From a virus: a DNA stretch of 64,000 bases. The notes under the pieces were generated by a model. It had not been told where the DNA came from, searched no databases, and saw nothing but the letters and a program-made list of their open reading frames with translations. Shown one piece after another: positions 27,792 to 37,348 of the stretch; the stretch's first letter is position 1, and the number at the start of each line of letters is the position of its first letter. The DNA lies in IMG/VR virus record IMGVR_UViG_3300042896_001274, positions 4,035-68,034 of that record; one strand, written 5' to 3'. A program made the position numbers and the translations under genes.

Positions 27792-28700
27792 ATGAATCCC
27801 GCAGCCATTCTAGTACCTCTATTACTTTCAGAACCTGTTTGTTATGAAGATTGTTCTTACATTCCAGGACAATTATTTGCAGAATGGAGCTTTGTTACAG
27901 AAAACAAACATTGGATTTCTGTACAAGATCCTGGGATTTCTATATTAGGATCTCTTAATTGTCCTGATGGGAACATGATTGAGATTAATGGAAGAATGGT
28001 TCCTGATCTCGATCCAAACCCGTATGGTTACGGTACAGCAGAGTGGATGCAAAAACGAGCTTGCACAAAATGGATCAATATAGAATTTCCAGAAAGGTGC
28101 TCACAATTCGATCGATCCAAATGGGAGTGGATGAGAGATTCGCTTGTAAGAACTAATGGTAGAAAAGATATGAATTTCTGCATCGATCGATATGAGTGGC
28201 CCAACCGAGAAGGAGCTGCTCCTTGGATCATGGTAACTTGGACTGAAGCAAAAAAACTTTGCGAATCTAGCGGCAAACGATTGTGTACTGAAGATGAATG
28301 GACTTTCGCATGCGAAGGAGAAGATGCTCTTCCATATCCGAATGGATATATTAGAGATTCTCAAAAGTGTAATATAGACAAACAATGGAAAACTTATAGT
28401 TCAGATCTTTTTCCAAGGGGAACTGAAAAATGTGGAAAAGAGCTAGAAAGACTATGGCAAGGCCACGTTTCAGGATCTGATCCTCAATGTGTTAGTCCAT
28501 TTGGGGTTCATGATATGATAGGAAACGTTGATGAATGGACAACAGCAACTAGACCAAGTAAGTACCCTTCTATTCTCAAAGGAGGATATTGGGGCCCAGT
28601 TAGAACAAGATGCAGACCTTCAACAAGGAATCATGCCCCAGGACATGCATTCTATCAACAAGGATTTAGATGTTGTAGCGATCCAAAGCCTATGCAGTAA
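27792..28700 (+). CDS. formylglycine-generating enzyme (FGE/SUMF1)-domain protein
   Basis: FCIDRYE.P, C...GKRLCTEDEW.FAC, SPFGVHDMIGNVDEW, GFRCC. Confidence 0.85.
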   Translation: MNPAAILVPLLLSEPVCYEDCSYIPGQLFAEWSFVTENKHWISVQDPGISILGSLNCPDGNMIEINGRMVPDLDPNPYGYGTAEWMQKRACTKWINIEFPERCSQFDRSKWEWMRDSLVRTNGRKDMNFCIDRYEWPNREGAAPWIMVTWTEAKKLCESSGKRLCTEDEWTFACEGEDALPYPNGYIRDSQKCNIDKQWKTYSSDLFPRGTEKCGKELERLWQGHVSGSDPQCVSPFGVHDMIGNVDEWTTATRPSKYPSILKGGYWGPVRTRCRPSTRNHAPGHAFYQQGFRCCSDPKPMQ

Positions 28701-29882
28701 TCATGTTTTTTTCATCGTTTTAATAAATTCTTTATATCCTTCGCCTATTTCCACATCAATTCCCCTACGGCGAGCAGCTGATCCAATCTCTAAATAAAAA
28801 ACATTTTTAATGTTGACTTCCTTACCGACAGCATCAACAACAAATGCACGAGAAATTTTTTGTTTAGCCTCTTCCGGCTTTTTAACGACAAAATTAAATT
28901 CTTTGCTAGGTCCTGATGATATCGTTTCAATGTCAACACTTTCTGTATCGCTAAACTTAACAAGTAACGTGACATCTGAAACGGGGGAAGCATATCCTAA
29001 TTGAGTCTTTAATAAAGTATCAATTTTTGATGAAAATCCTTTCTTCTCCATTTCACTATAAAAATCTGCGCGGCCTTGCTCGTCTTTAAAAACATCATAA
29101 ATGTCATCAAAACTAGAAGAACCTTTTATCATAGCATCACGGACATCTTTATAAATGTTACTCGGATTCAAGTCTTTTACTGCGTTGAATTGATCGGCGG
29201 TCGTGGCGGCGCTTCGTTTTTCGCTTCGTAGACCGATAAGACGATTAGATTGATACTTGACATGAATATTGTATTTTGTTTCACCAAGCAAAGCAACTAC
29301 ATCGATTAAATCGTTACCTCCAGAAGGAGGTTCGTCTGTAGCTTTCAAGCCTTTCAACTGCTTTGATTCAATCTCGTTAAGAAAAGCTGCCAGCATCGAA
29401 TCACAGTCAGCATAAAAATTTTCAACGAAGGCTTGAGGTGATGTTCTAAGGGCAGTTCTTAAACGTGAATCATTTTCAATGTTGGAATACATAGTCTCAG
29501 GTGAAGGATCGGGGCTAAGAGCCGAATAGACAGCGTGTTCTGCTCCGTAACCAAGCATTTTACCAGAAGACAAAATATTCTTTTCGGTAAGATCGATTAA
29601 GACAACAGGTATATCTTTGTTTTCTGACTTAAAAATATACGTTGGATATTTCCCTGACTTTGCATCGGGCTTGCCGGGGCTAATTATAGCGACCTCATTG
29701 CCTTCAACTTGCGTGCGAAGGTCGGCAGGTGTTCCATAAAAACGAATATGAGGACCACGGTCACCGTCTTTCGGTGAAAATTTACCGCCTATTTCATTAG
29801 CAAAAATTTTCAACGTTTTTCTGAAATCTTTCTGTTCATCCTCTAGAATTAATCTGATATATTCTTTTAATATATTTTTCAT
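28701..29882 (-). CDS. protein with LKEYIRLILE N-terminal helix and putative PD-(D/E)XK nuclease domain
   Basis: GYGAE...D(V)...IHVK pattern; N-terminal tag-like helix. Confidence 0.55.
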   Translation of the reverse strand: MKNILKEYIRLILEDEQKDFRKTLKIFANEIGGKFSPKDGDRGPHIRFYGTPADLRTQVEGNEVAIISPGKPDAKSGKYPTYIFKSENKDIPVVLIDLTEKNILSSGKMLGYGAEHAVYSALSPDPSPETMYSNIENDSRLRTALRTSPQAFVENFYADCDSMLAAFLNEIESKQLKGLKATDEPPSGGNDLIDVVALLGETKYNIHVKYQSNRLIGLRSEKRSAATTADQFNAVKDLNPSNIYKDVRDAMIKGSSSFDDIYDVFKDEQGRADFYSEMEKKGFSSKIDTLLKTQLGYASPVSDVTLLVKFSDTESVDIETISSGPSKEFNFVVKKPEEAKQKISRAFVVDAVGKEVNIKNVFYLEIGSAARRRGIDVEIGEGYKEFIKTMKKT

Positions 29883-30003
29883 TTTTTAGATCCTCTTTGT
29901 CCGTACTTAAATAATAGCCACATGTGCGAAGTGTTCGCTTAGGTTTAGTAATGCTGATTCAGCAACGTGCATGAAAATAGAGTTAAGGTGCCGGTAAACT
30001 TAA

Positions 30004-31233
30004 TCATTTACTATTCATTTTCGACTTTGTAGAACCTCTGCCATACTTGAAGAGACCTAGAATTTGTGACGCCGAGGCAAAACTTCCCGTAAATTTATAA
30101 GCATTACCCTTATAGATGAACACGACACCCTCTACCGGCGATGTTATGTTTTCAAGCGATTTCAATTTTTCCATTTGAACCTTAAGAATTGTCATCGCTG
30201 CTTCATCGCCAGAGGATTCAATTGCAGAAATTGCTTTTGAAACTTCTCCTTGAAGTCGAACAACTTCTTCTTCTGTATTATCAATCAAAGTTGATTGTAA
30301 TCCCTTTAAAAGTTCAACTGCAAAGTCATTGATAGCTAACTCAATCGGTTTTATGTATGTCTTGAGCCTCTTTGGAGATGACTTTATAAATTCGTTGATT
30401 GTTTCATAGGTCGATTTATCAACCTTTTTCTTGATGTCAACTAGAGTGGGAGAACCAGGTTCTGCAAGACACCTTAATACAACCATGTCAGAAATTTCTG
30501 GAGATTGATTTAATTCAGAAACATCTTCTCTAATCTTTGATTCTATGTAATCACGAACAGTTGATGATGGATCCAACCCAACTGAAGATAATTCATTATC
30601 AATCTTAGATAACGTGTCGTTTAAAATGGAATCATCTGATAATTTTTGCATTCTTGCCAATGCCGGTCCTCTGACCTTCCACCCACGGATCTCTACGGCG
30701 TTTTGCATTTTCTCAACGTAACTAGTGAGAAGATCAACACCTCCCATATCATCGTCAGTCATCTCAACTTTGCCATCTTCTACTTTGAATACGGGCCATC
30801 CGTGGAAAACGACATTATTTGAATCGTAGTTAATGACGTTCGGATTCGCGACATATATGATCTCCATTGAGTACCACCGACTTGCCTGTGGACCGAAGAC
30901 CTTCAACTTTGTCTTTTGAGGTAAAGAACCCAATGCGCCATTTAGAACTTTGAATGCCGAATCAAAAGCTTCTGATAGATTTCCTCGACCCTCAAACTTT
31001 GCAGCAAGAGATTCGGCATCCAATCCTCCACTTTTAATGTTTCCAGAATTTCTGGCAACCTTGAGCGAATCTGTGGAAACATCCCACGAAAATACGAGGT
31101 TAAGACCGTCAAGCTTTTCTGAGACTTTTTCAAGCTTACCAGAAGCTGCTGATGTAAGAATGTCCGCTATCTCACCGAAAGTAAGATCACGATTGTCATG
31201 CAAGTGTGCAAGATGACCGACTGCACCACCCAT
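30004..31233 (-). CDS. conserved phage protein with ligase-like KxDG motif
   Basis: MGG..GH.AH..D, SEKLDG.N, EGVVF...YK.TG.F. Confidence 0.65.
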   Translation of the reverse strand: MGGAVGHLAHLHDNRDLTFGEIADILTSAASGKLEKVSEKLDGLNLVFSWDVSTDSLKVARNSGNIKSGGLDAESLAAKFEGRGNLSEAFDSAFKVLNGALGSLPQKTKLKVFGPQASRWYSMEIIYVANPNVINYDSNNVVFHGWPVFKVEDGKVEMTDDDMGGVDLLTSYVEKMQNAVEIRGWKVRGPALARMQKLSDDSILNDTLSKIDNELSSVGLDPSSTVRDYIESKIREDVSELNQSPEISDMVVLRCLAEPGSPTLVDIKKKVDKSTYETINEFIKSSPKRLKTYIKPIELAINDFAVELLKGLQSTLIDNTEEEVVRLQGEVSKAISAIESSGDEAAMTILKVQMEKLKSLENITSPVEGVVFIYKGNAYKFTGSFASASQILGLFKYGRGSTKSKMNSK

Positions 31234-31236
31234 GGT

Positions 31237-31527
31237 TTATTCCCCGTCTTTCTCTGATAACATTTTTTGTGAAGCATGACGGTACGCAGACTTCAATTCT
31301 GCTCTCAATCTTGCCTCAACTTTTGCCCATTCGGCTCTTGCAGCTGATCCACGTCCATGACGAGACTTTCTCTTTTGAATCTCAGCGATTTGTTCCTCAA
31401 GATCTGCGACATGATCGGGAGCCCCCCATTCGGAGACCCTATCCCCTGTTAGGTGTGCCTCACGAACCCTAGATTCAACAACGAGTTTAATATATTCAAC
31501 CAAAGCTTCTTTATTAAATAGTCTCAT
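31237..31527 (-). CDS. protein with LVEYIKLVVE N-terminal helix
   Basis: Start at MRLFNK; tag-like helix. Confidence 0.6.
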   Translation of the reverse strand: MRLFNKEALVEYIKLVVESRVREAHLTGDRVSEWGAPDHVADLEEQIAEIQKRKSRHGRGSAARAEWAKVEARLRAELKSAYRHASQKMLSEKDGE

Positions 31528-31708
31528 TTTCTTGCCTGTCGATTGCACCCTTGAATGCACCATAAATATACATTCGAATGTGATCATCATCTACAGGCAA
31601 AGAAAGGCCCAACCCAAAGTGGGCACGGACCTTCTCAATGAAACCAGGATAGATTGTTACTTCTAGAGTTTCTCCACTAGGCAGCTTGATAAACTTGACG
31701 TCTTGCAT
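31514..31708 (-). CDS. hypothetical protein
   Basis: Start MQDVK after TATAAT-N6. Confidence 0.65.
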   Translation of the reverse strand: MQDVKFIKLPSGETLEVTIYPGFIEKVRAHFGLGLSLPVDDDHIRMYIYGAFKGAIDRQENETI

Positions 31709-31714
31709 TCCAAG

Positions 31715-31720
31715 ATTATA
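31715..31720 (-). promoter_or_regulatory. consensus -10 TATAAT of a putative leaderless transcript
   Basis: TATAAT-cttgga-ATG. Confidence 0.6.
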
Positions 31721-31744
31721 CCAAATTGCCTCGTGAAAAGACAA

Positions 31745-32257
31745 CTATTTTTTCTTTGCAACAATAGGTGCCGGAGGAGTTGTGTCCTCAGGAGACTTAC
31801 TGGCTCTCTCTTTTGGTTTTTCACCAGCAGATGGCTTCTTGATCACGTTTGGCTTAATTGTGACTTTTTGTGAAGATGGCTTCTTTTCCATCTTAACGTT
31901 AGCCGGCTTATCACTAGGCTCAAGGGCTTCCTTACCCTCGACCTCGCCACCGACGATTTGCGCAATTCCCTTAAGAAACGCGAACAAAGCTGTCTTCTCT
32001 GCGTCATCAAGGTCACCGACGTAAGATTCCATGGCTGTCTTTATGTTCTGGTCTTTAAAAGATTTTCCTGCCCTAATCGTATTGAGCTTTTCAATCACTT
32101 CATCGGCATTAATATCTCCAGACTTTAAAGTTTCTTTTTCGTCTTCGTCTTGCTCGACGATGAGCTTTTTCTTAGACGACAAAGTCTCGTTGATTACACT
32201 ACTCAAAAAATCTTTAAGAGCAATCGTGTCCTTGATAACTTCTTGCTTTGACATCAC
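31745..32257 (-). CDS. hypothetical protein, putative head-associated
   Basis: LKDFLSSVINE...IVE; LNTIRAGKSF. Confidence 0.65.
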   Translation of the reverse strand: MMSKQEVIKDTIALKDFLSSVINETLSSKKKLIVEQDEDEKETLKSGDINADEVIEKLNTIRAGKSFKDQNIKTAMESYVGDLDDAEKTALFAFLKGIAQIVGGEVEGKEALEPSDKPANVKMEKKPSSQKVTIKPNVIKKPSAGEKPKERASKSPEDTTPPAPIVAKKK

Positions 32258-32469
32258 TTCACCTTCACGTACTTAATGCGATTTGCTGCTCTCTCAATGT
32301 AACGCTTCACGTATTCGCGTTGTGGAGTCTCCTCCTTGAGAACAGGACGTTGGACGGATTCCTTGATGATGATATCATCCATGAACTTATCAAAGGTGAA
32401 AGTTTGTTCTTCGCCTTCGATTGCCTCTTCAATTAATTCAACTTGATCTTCTTCATTTTCGTGCGTCAT
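32254..32469 (-). CDS. small acidic hypothetical protein
   Basis: AAGGAG Shine-Dalgarno before MTHEN; CTATTTA upstream. Confidence 0.6.
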   Translation of the reverse strand: MTHENEEDQVELIEEAIEGEEQTFTFDKFMDDIIIKESVQRPVLKEETPQREYVKRYIERAANRIKYVKVK

Positions 32470-32513
32470 GACACACTCCTTTGGATAAATAGGAAGTTTT
32501 ATCAAAAAATAAC

Positions 32514-32897
32514 TCACTTGGTGGTTCTTGTCACCAATTTAAGGCACAATGTACAATCTCGTCTTGATTGATCGACATCGCGAACCTTAACGCCACTGAT
32601 CATAAATGGCCCACCAAGGGACACAGATGTCTCAAGATAAATTACCTGAATGCTTTCAAAGGTAATATCGGACATATTTTTAAAAATTTCCAAGGCCGTT
32701 GCGATGTCAATCTTCAACTCAATATCTGGATGATCATATGTCGAAACGCCTACAAGGTTTCCCTTAATCGGTTCATCTTGATCAAGAACCTTGCAAAGAA
32801 CAACAGCAAGTTGCCCATACCCAAAAATAGATTCATCTTCAAGATCCGGGACAAGACCTTGAAGTTCTGAGCTCATCATCAATGTAGATTCATTCAT
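32514..32897 (-). CDS. hypothetical protein
   Basis: 127-aa coupled ORF. Confidence 0.55.
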   Translation of the reverse strand: MNESTLMMSSELQGLVPDLEDESIFGYGQLAVVLCKVLDQDEPIKGNLVGVSTYDHPDIELKIDIATALEIFKNMSDITFESIQVIYLETSVSLGGPFMISGVKVRDVDQSRRDCTLCLKLVTRTTK

Positions 32898-33261
32898 CCT
32901 TGGGATTATAAACCAAGTCTCTACGAACTACATCGGCATATTTCGCATATTCTTTATCGAGTTCTGTCACCTTGTCAACATCCTTCGTAATCAAGGATAT
33001 TGTCACCTCTAACTCTTCTATCTTAAATCCTGCATGATGTCCCACCTGAGTCTCATACTCTAACACCGATTTCAAGAACCTGTTTCTATCTTCGTAAGAT
33101 TCAAACATGAACTTCTTGTTCAGCTTGCCATCGGTCATCTTCCACTTTTCAATCGCGATAATTGGCTTGTCAAGGTTCGAAACCTTGATAGGAAGACCTG
33201 ATGAGATCAACGGCCGAGTGGACCGATTGATAAATTCTCGATGAAGCTCGACCAATTTCAT
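32890..33261 (-). CDS. pterin-4-alpha-carbinolamine dehydratase-like protein
   Basis: W....G.L.K.F.F..Y.....F......E...GHH......V.I.L.T.D...VTELD. Confidence 0.7.
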   Translation of the reverse strand: MKLVELHREFINRSTRPLISSGLPIKVSNLDKPIIAIEKWKMTDGKLNKKFMFESYEDRNRFLKSVLEYETQVGHHAGFKIEELEVTISLITKDVDKVTELDKEYAKYADVVRRDLVYNPKDE

Positions 33262-33272
33262 TTTTTATTTCC

Positions 33273-34031
33273 TCAAAGAAGAACCATTCCACCAACAACT
33301 GCAACTTCGGTAAAAGATGATCCGTTCGACCAAATCTTTCGATTCCTGTCGATCACACAAGACCCACCTTTAAAGTTTAGGTCTCTTTCCTTGCCGACAC
33401 GGTTTGAAACGATGACATTTGCAGATGTTTGCTCCGCCAAATCTACCCAACAGCTATCTGGATATCCATAATCGCCACTCCAATTTGTCAAGAGAGCCAG
33501 CGTGTCCACTGACCCCTTCTTGTAGAATCGATGCCCTTCATTATAGAATTTATAAGAATTTCTATAATTGTTCATGGAGTCTCTACAAATCAATGTTCCT
33601 AACCTACCGGCTCGTGTTACCACGCAAGGATTGATTTGTTCTGATGGTGTTGCCCAAAGGTAATCATTGGCCCAAAGGTTGTGTTTCTGAACATTTCCTT
33701 CAATGCCCTTTGGACCAATTGTCACTGCAGAATTGTAGAGGTTACCTTCCCTCAACTCGACGTAACCCAGCACGATGTGACAGTTATGATTCTCAGCAAC
33801 CTTCATGAATGCTTGAGTTTGATAACCATCTCTTGCCTGAGCACATTCCATTGCCTCAGATGGGTTTTCAAGAGTATATCCACTGATGCATAGTTCAGGA
33901 AGAACTATCACAGCAGCACCCTTGGCCGCGGCTTCATGTACTAATTGTACTGCGGTTCCAAGGTTTTCATGAACCTCGAGTAGTTTTGGCTCAAATTGAA
34001 TTGCGGCTGCGATTGTTTGTAACATATTCAT
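33273..34031 (-). CDS. carbon-nitrogen hydrolase (nitrilase superfamily)
   Basis: LPEL, LYNS, K(H)NL, LICRD: E-K-C triad. Confidence 0.88.
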   Translation of the reverse strand: MNMLQTIAAAIQFEPKLLEVHENLGTAVQLVHEAAAKGAAVIVLPELCISGYTLENPSEAMECAQARDGYQTQAFMKVAENHNCHIVLGYVELREGNLYNSAVTIGPKGIEGNVQKHNLWANDYLWATPSEQINPCVVTRAGRLGTLICRDSMNNYRNSYKFYNEGHRFYKKGSVDTLALLTNWSGDYGYPDSCWVDLAEQTSANVIVSNRVGKERDLNFKGGSCVIDRNRKIWSNGSSFTEVAVVGGMVLL

Positions 34032-34040
34032 TCCGTTAAA

Positions 34041-34859
34041 TCAATCTTCAACGTTTTCTGATTCTTTTCTTGCACTTTTTATGGCGTTATTTAAAAATTC
34101 CCTAAAACCGTCAAGTTCTCTAACAATCCCAGGATTGTTCTTTAAAAGAGAAACTTCTTCATTGCTAATCTCGCCGGTGTTCTTGAGGATGTCAATATAC
34201 TCGCTCATGCTCTGTAACACAAGAATTTCAAGATCATCTTGGTCCATTGATCCAACAAATTTTGCTTTTTGCATGGCCTTTTCTACTGCTTGCTTTGCCC
34301 CAGACTCAGCAGCAAAACCCAATTCTTTAGCAATGTCCTTGAATGAAGTACCGTCAGACATCATCACATTCTTACGTTGACGACCCTGTGCAGGTTCATC
34401 TCCGCGGAGTGTCTCTTCAGGGTCATCAAGTTGCATTTTTTCTAAATCCTTGCGTAAAGATGCTACTCTAGGAGAATTAGGGCCACGTGGAATGCCAGAA
34501 ACACCAAAAGGAATTTTTTTGACTGGTGGAAGATCTGCTTCCACCAACATTTTTCTAACTTGTTGTCTAATGATTTGTTCAACCTTCGTTTCTTTTTTCA
34601 TTTCGGCTTCCTCTTTTTCGATAGCATCTTTAACTGCAACGTATACCTGCGGGATTCTTTCATCATCAACTGGATCTACCAGGGCCCGAAGTGCAGACAT
34701 CAATTCAACTTTGTCAGAAGGGGCAAAATTTTGATTTGTAGGATCTGTCTCTGCTGCCTGTGGATCAACTACGGGATTTGGGAAAATTGGAGCATGAGAA
34801 TTCATTAATTCACGCAATAAATCCCGTAGTGATGACTCTGTTATTAATACCTTACGCAT
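34041..34859 (-). CDS. protein with tag-like helices and an HTH-like segment
   Basis: ITESSLRDLLRE, internal IIRQQVRKMLVE, SFKDIAKELGF; ATACTTA at 34873-34879. Confidence 0.65.
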   Translation of the reverse strand: MRKVLITESSLRDLLRELMNSHAPIFPNPVVDPQAAETDPTNQNFAPSDKVELMSALRALVDPVDDERIPQVYVAVKDAIEKEEAEMKKETKVEQIIRQQVRKMLVEADLPPVKKIPFGVSGIPRGPNSPRVASLRKDLEKMQLDDPEETLRGDEPAQGRQRKNVMMSDGTSFKDIAKELGFAAESGAKQAVEKAMQKAKFVGSMDQDDLEILVLQSMSEYIDILKNTGEISNEEVSLLKNNPGIVRELDGFREFLNNAIKSARKESENVED

Positions 34860-34878
34860 AAGTTAATGCCGATAAGTA

Positions 34879-35205
34879 TTACTGCGCAGTCTCATTTTGT
34901 TCTACAGAATCGCTTTGTTGTTGCGATTCAGCAACCTGAGAAACAACTTTTGAAACTGCAGATGGCAATGAATACTTTGCGTCTGTAAGCTTTCGTCCAA
35001 AATATAATGAAATTGCTGGAATGAAATATGTCATCGCAGCTGAAACATCGAAGTGTCTAAAAGTTACCGTACCAATCTTTTCAAAAGCTGATCCCAGATA
35101 AACAAGGGTCGTAACCAGGAAAGACACTGCTGCAAAGGTCACAGAAACAGACTGCGATCCTTTATCATTTCTCATCCACCACCATGGAGTAGATTTGTTT
35201 GCCAT
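34879..35205 (-). CDS. putative holin (two TM segments)
   Basis: G..S.S.T, two hydrophobic segments, YFGRK; ATAATTA upstream. Confidence 0.5.
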   Translation of the reverse strand: MANKSTPWWWMRNDKGSQSVSVTFAAVSFLVTTLVYLGSAFEKIGTVTFRHFDVSAAMTYFIPAISLYFGRKLTDAKYSLPSAVSKVVSQVAESQQQSDSVEQNETAQ

Positions 35206-35229
35206 AAATTTATTTCCTCAATCAATTAA

Positions 35230-35784
35230 TTATTGTTTCACTGCATAAACTACTGCTGCGGCTGTCAAAGTCGAAACAAGAACACCGGCTCCTACACCAA
35301 CAGCTGCCCAAACTATAGGATTAGGCCGATCTTCTTTTTCTTTCTTGAGAGCAGCATCTAGTCGATCGATCTCTTTTCTTTGTTCTTGAATCCTATTCAA
35401 CGAAAGTTTATTGTCAGATTCATTTCTTATTTTTTCAACTGTCATTTCATAGGAATGTTGAATCTCAGCTGTTTCAATAACCCTTTGAATTTCAATTTGA
35501 ATCTCTTCATCTCTAGACTGTATGTCTGCAATAATAGATGCAATTGCCTTAGGGGACAACAACAACCCAGTAAATGGTGCTGTTTGACCTTTTTTCATTG
35601 GAGATATTGCTTCCCCGACGTCTGTCTCATTCTTGGCGAGAGGAGGAACTGGCGGGAGTGATAACAATGAGGTATCTTCGCCTCCGGGATCTGGATTATA
35701 GTCTTGTGCGATTGCGATCTGCGGCAAAACCATCGATACAGTTAATATTGCAATGAGTAATGGATTCTTTTTCATAGGTTTCAC
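35230..35784 (-). CDS. secreted coiled-coil protein with C-terminal TM segment (spanin-like)
   Basis: Signal peptide, KGQTAPFTGLLL, coiled coil, C-terminal hydrophobic helix. Confidence 0.5.
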   Translation of the reverse strand: MKPMKKNPLLIAILTVSMVLPQIAIAQDYNPDPGGEDTSLLSLPPVPPLAKNETDVGEAISPMKKGQTAPFTGLLLSPKAIASIIADIQSRDEEIQIEIQRVIETAEIQHSYEMTVEKIRNESDNKLSLNRIQEQRKEIDRLDAALKKEKEDRPNPIVWAAVGVGAGVLVSTLTAAAVVYAVKQ

Positions 35785-36173
35785 TTTTCAGGCATGATAA
35801 CTTTAAATCCAGTAACCTTTGACAATTTTTCAGCCAAACCTGCTGGATCATCTTGATGCTGTTGTAGAATTGTTTTTATTTCTTGCTTCTTATTATCATC
35901 AAGATTTTTCTTCTTTTCAGAATATTGTTTTTCCACGTGTGCCAGACCATCATCTAACTTCTGTTTTGCTTCGTCTTCTTTTCGATTCTCTTCATGCCTA
36001 ACTTGATTAGATAAATCTAACTGCGAATCGTAAGAATCTCGAATCGTTTTCGTGTCATCTGGCTCTGACTTCTTTTTAAAAGCCAATACCGCAATCACAC
36101 CACCAACAAACATGGCAATATAACCCCAATACTTCTTAAAGAAGTCACGGACTTTGTTCCAAAAAATTAACAT
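35781..36173 (-). CDS. N-terminally anchored coiled-coil protein (i-spanin-like)
   Basis: One TM segment followed by a long charged coiled coil. Confidence 0.5.
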   Translation of the reverse strand: MLIFWNKVRDFFKKYWGYIAMFVGGVIAVLAFKKKSEPDDTKTIRDSYDSQLDLSNQVRHEENRKEDEAKQKLDDGLAHVEKQYSEKKKNLDDNKKQEIKTILQQHQDDPAGLAEKLSKVTGFKVIMPEK

Positions 36174-36466
36174 TAGTTTGGTTTATCCTTCTTTGTATCT
36201 ACCTTGGAAGAAAGAACAATTTCACTATTTTTACTATTACTAGAAGCGAGCTCTAAGGCTTTAACAATGTCATCCAAAGTTTGTTGATGAACTTGTATTA
36301 CTTTTGAAAGGCTTATCAGCGATGTTCGAATTGAATTAACATCATTAGCCAAAGCTATGAGCTCTGTAACAATACTTGCAATAGTTTTTGAAGATTTAAT
36401 CGATGACTCAAAAATATAGTCAAATAATTTCATCTTAGTCTTCGGATTTTCTTTTTCCTGAGTCAT
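36173..36466 (-). CDS. coiled-coil hypothetical protein
   Basis: Heptad pattern; coupled ORF. Confidence 0.55.
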   Translation of the reverse strand: MTQEKENPKTKMKLFDYIFESSIKSSKTIASIVTELIALANDVNSIRTSLISLSKVIQVHQQTLDDIVKALELASSNSKNSEIVLSSKVDTKKDKPN

Positions 36467-36764
36467 CTGAGTTGATCATATTATACAACGTATTATGATC
36501 TAGTTCATTAATGTTGCCACGATTGTATCCGTCGGACTTCTTTATTGGCTTCTCTAATGACTCTCTGGCTCGACGTAAAGCAAGATCTTCAACGATCTTC
36601 ATCGCATGTCTGTCTTCATTAATGACTAATTTAGCAAATTCATCAAATACCCACTGCATGGATAATTGATGATGAAACAATTTTTCTCTTAATTTAAGAT
36701 GCACATCCTTGCTTAGTTTGATGTGAATCCCTTTTCTTTCGTGAAGAATGTCAGTTCTGATCAA
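36435..36764 (-). CDS. putative ribbon-helix-helix DNA-binding protein
   Basis: KGIHIKL.KDVH..LR......LSMQ.VF pattern. Confidence 0.55.
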   Translation of the reverse strand: MIRTDILHERKGIHIKLSKDVHLKLREKLFHHQLSMQWVFDEFAKLVINEDRHAMKIVEDLALRRARESLEKPIKKSDGYNRGNINELDHNTLYNMINSDDSGKRKSED

Positions 36765-37348
36765 ACAGCACCTCCACCTCCGCTTCCTGCACCGGCAGCG
36801 ACTGGGGTTGGGAACTCATTATCTTCTTCCTCAGCTTTTGATTTTCCAACAGTGATATCATGTTCATCCTCAAGAACAATCTTAAATTGGGTAACAACAT
36901 CTTGAGAGTAATTGTCAGATAAGAAATTCATTGCTCTGCGAGCCAATGTGTTACGAACCTCTAGAAGAGAATCATAATTGTCGATCAACCTAACAACGCT
37001 TGAAGCAAATTCTTCGATGTCGATATCTTCTGCAGATAGCTTCTTCTTTTCTTCTGGTTTTTCTTCATCTCCCGCTTCATCGGCAGGCTTTTCTTCCTCT
37101 TCGTCACCCTCTGCTTCAAGAAGGTTACGAGAAGTTGTAGATAAAAAGCTACGTGTCATTGAACGAAAGTCAAACCCTTCATTCTTTTTCACCTTGGCAT
37201 CGGATTCGTAGCTAATAAGAAAATCATCGACCTGCTGATCAAGAGAATCTTGAAGCTCTTTCTTAACAGTTTCTTCAAGAAGAACGCTTCTAATCTGCTC
37301 TCTGATTATTTTTTTTAAATCTTGAGAATTAATCTTTCGTGACATCAT
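36761..37348 (-). CDS. protein with N-terminal INSQDLKKIIRE tag (putative virion-internal protein)
   Basis: Tag followed by LLE sites; acidic linker; SLDQQVD. Confidence 0.7.
   Translation of the reverse strand: MMSRKINSQDLKKIIREQIRSVLLEETVKKELQDSLDQQVDDFLISYESDAKVKKNEGFDFRSMTRSFLSTTSRNLLEAEGDEEEEKPADEAGDEEKPEEKKKLSAEDIDIEEFASSVVRLIDNYDSLLEVRNTLARRAMNFLSDNYSQDVVTQFKIVLEDEHDITVGKSKAEEEDNEFPTPVAAGAGSGGGGAV

Noticed and set aside
29883-30003. Possible tRNA or ncRNA in the longer intergenic gaps (also 10033-10174 and 15744-15868)
   Set aside because: No cloverleaf, T-loop GTTCRA in context, or convincing stem pattern was found by eye; the gaps look like promoter regions. A covariance-model scan was not run.
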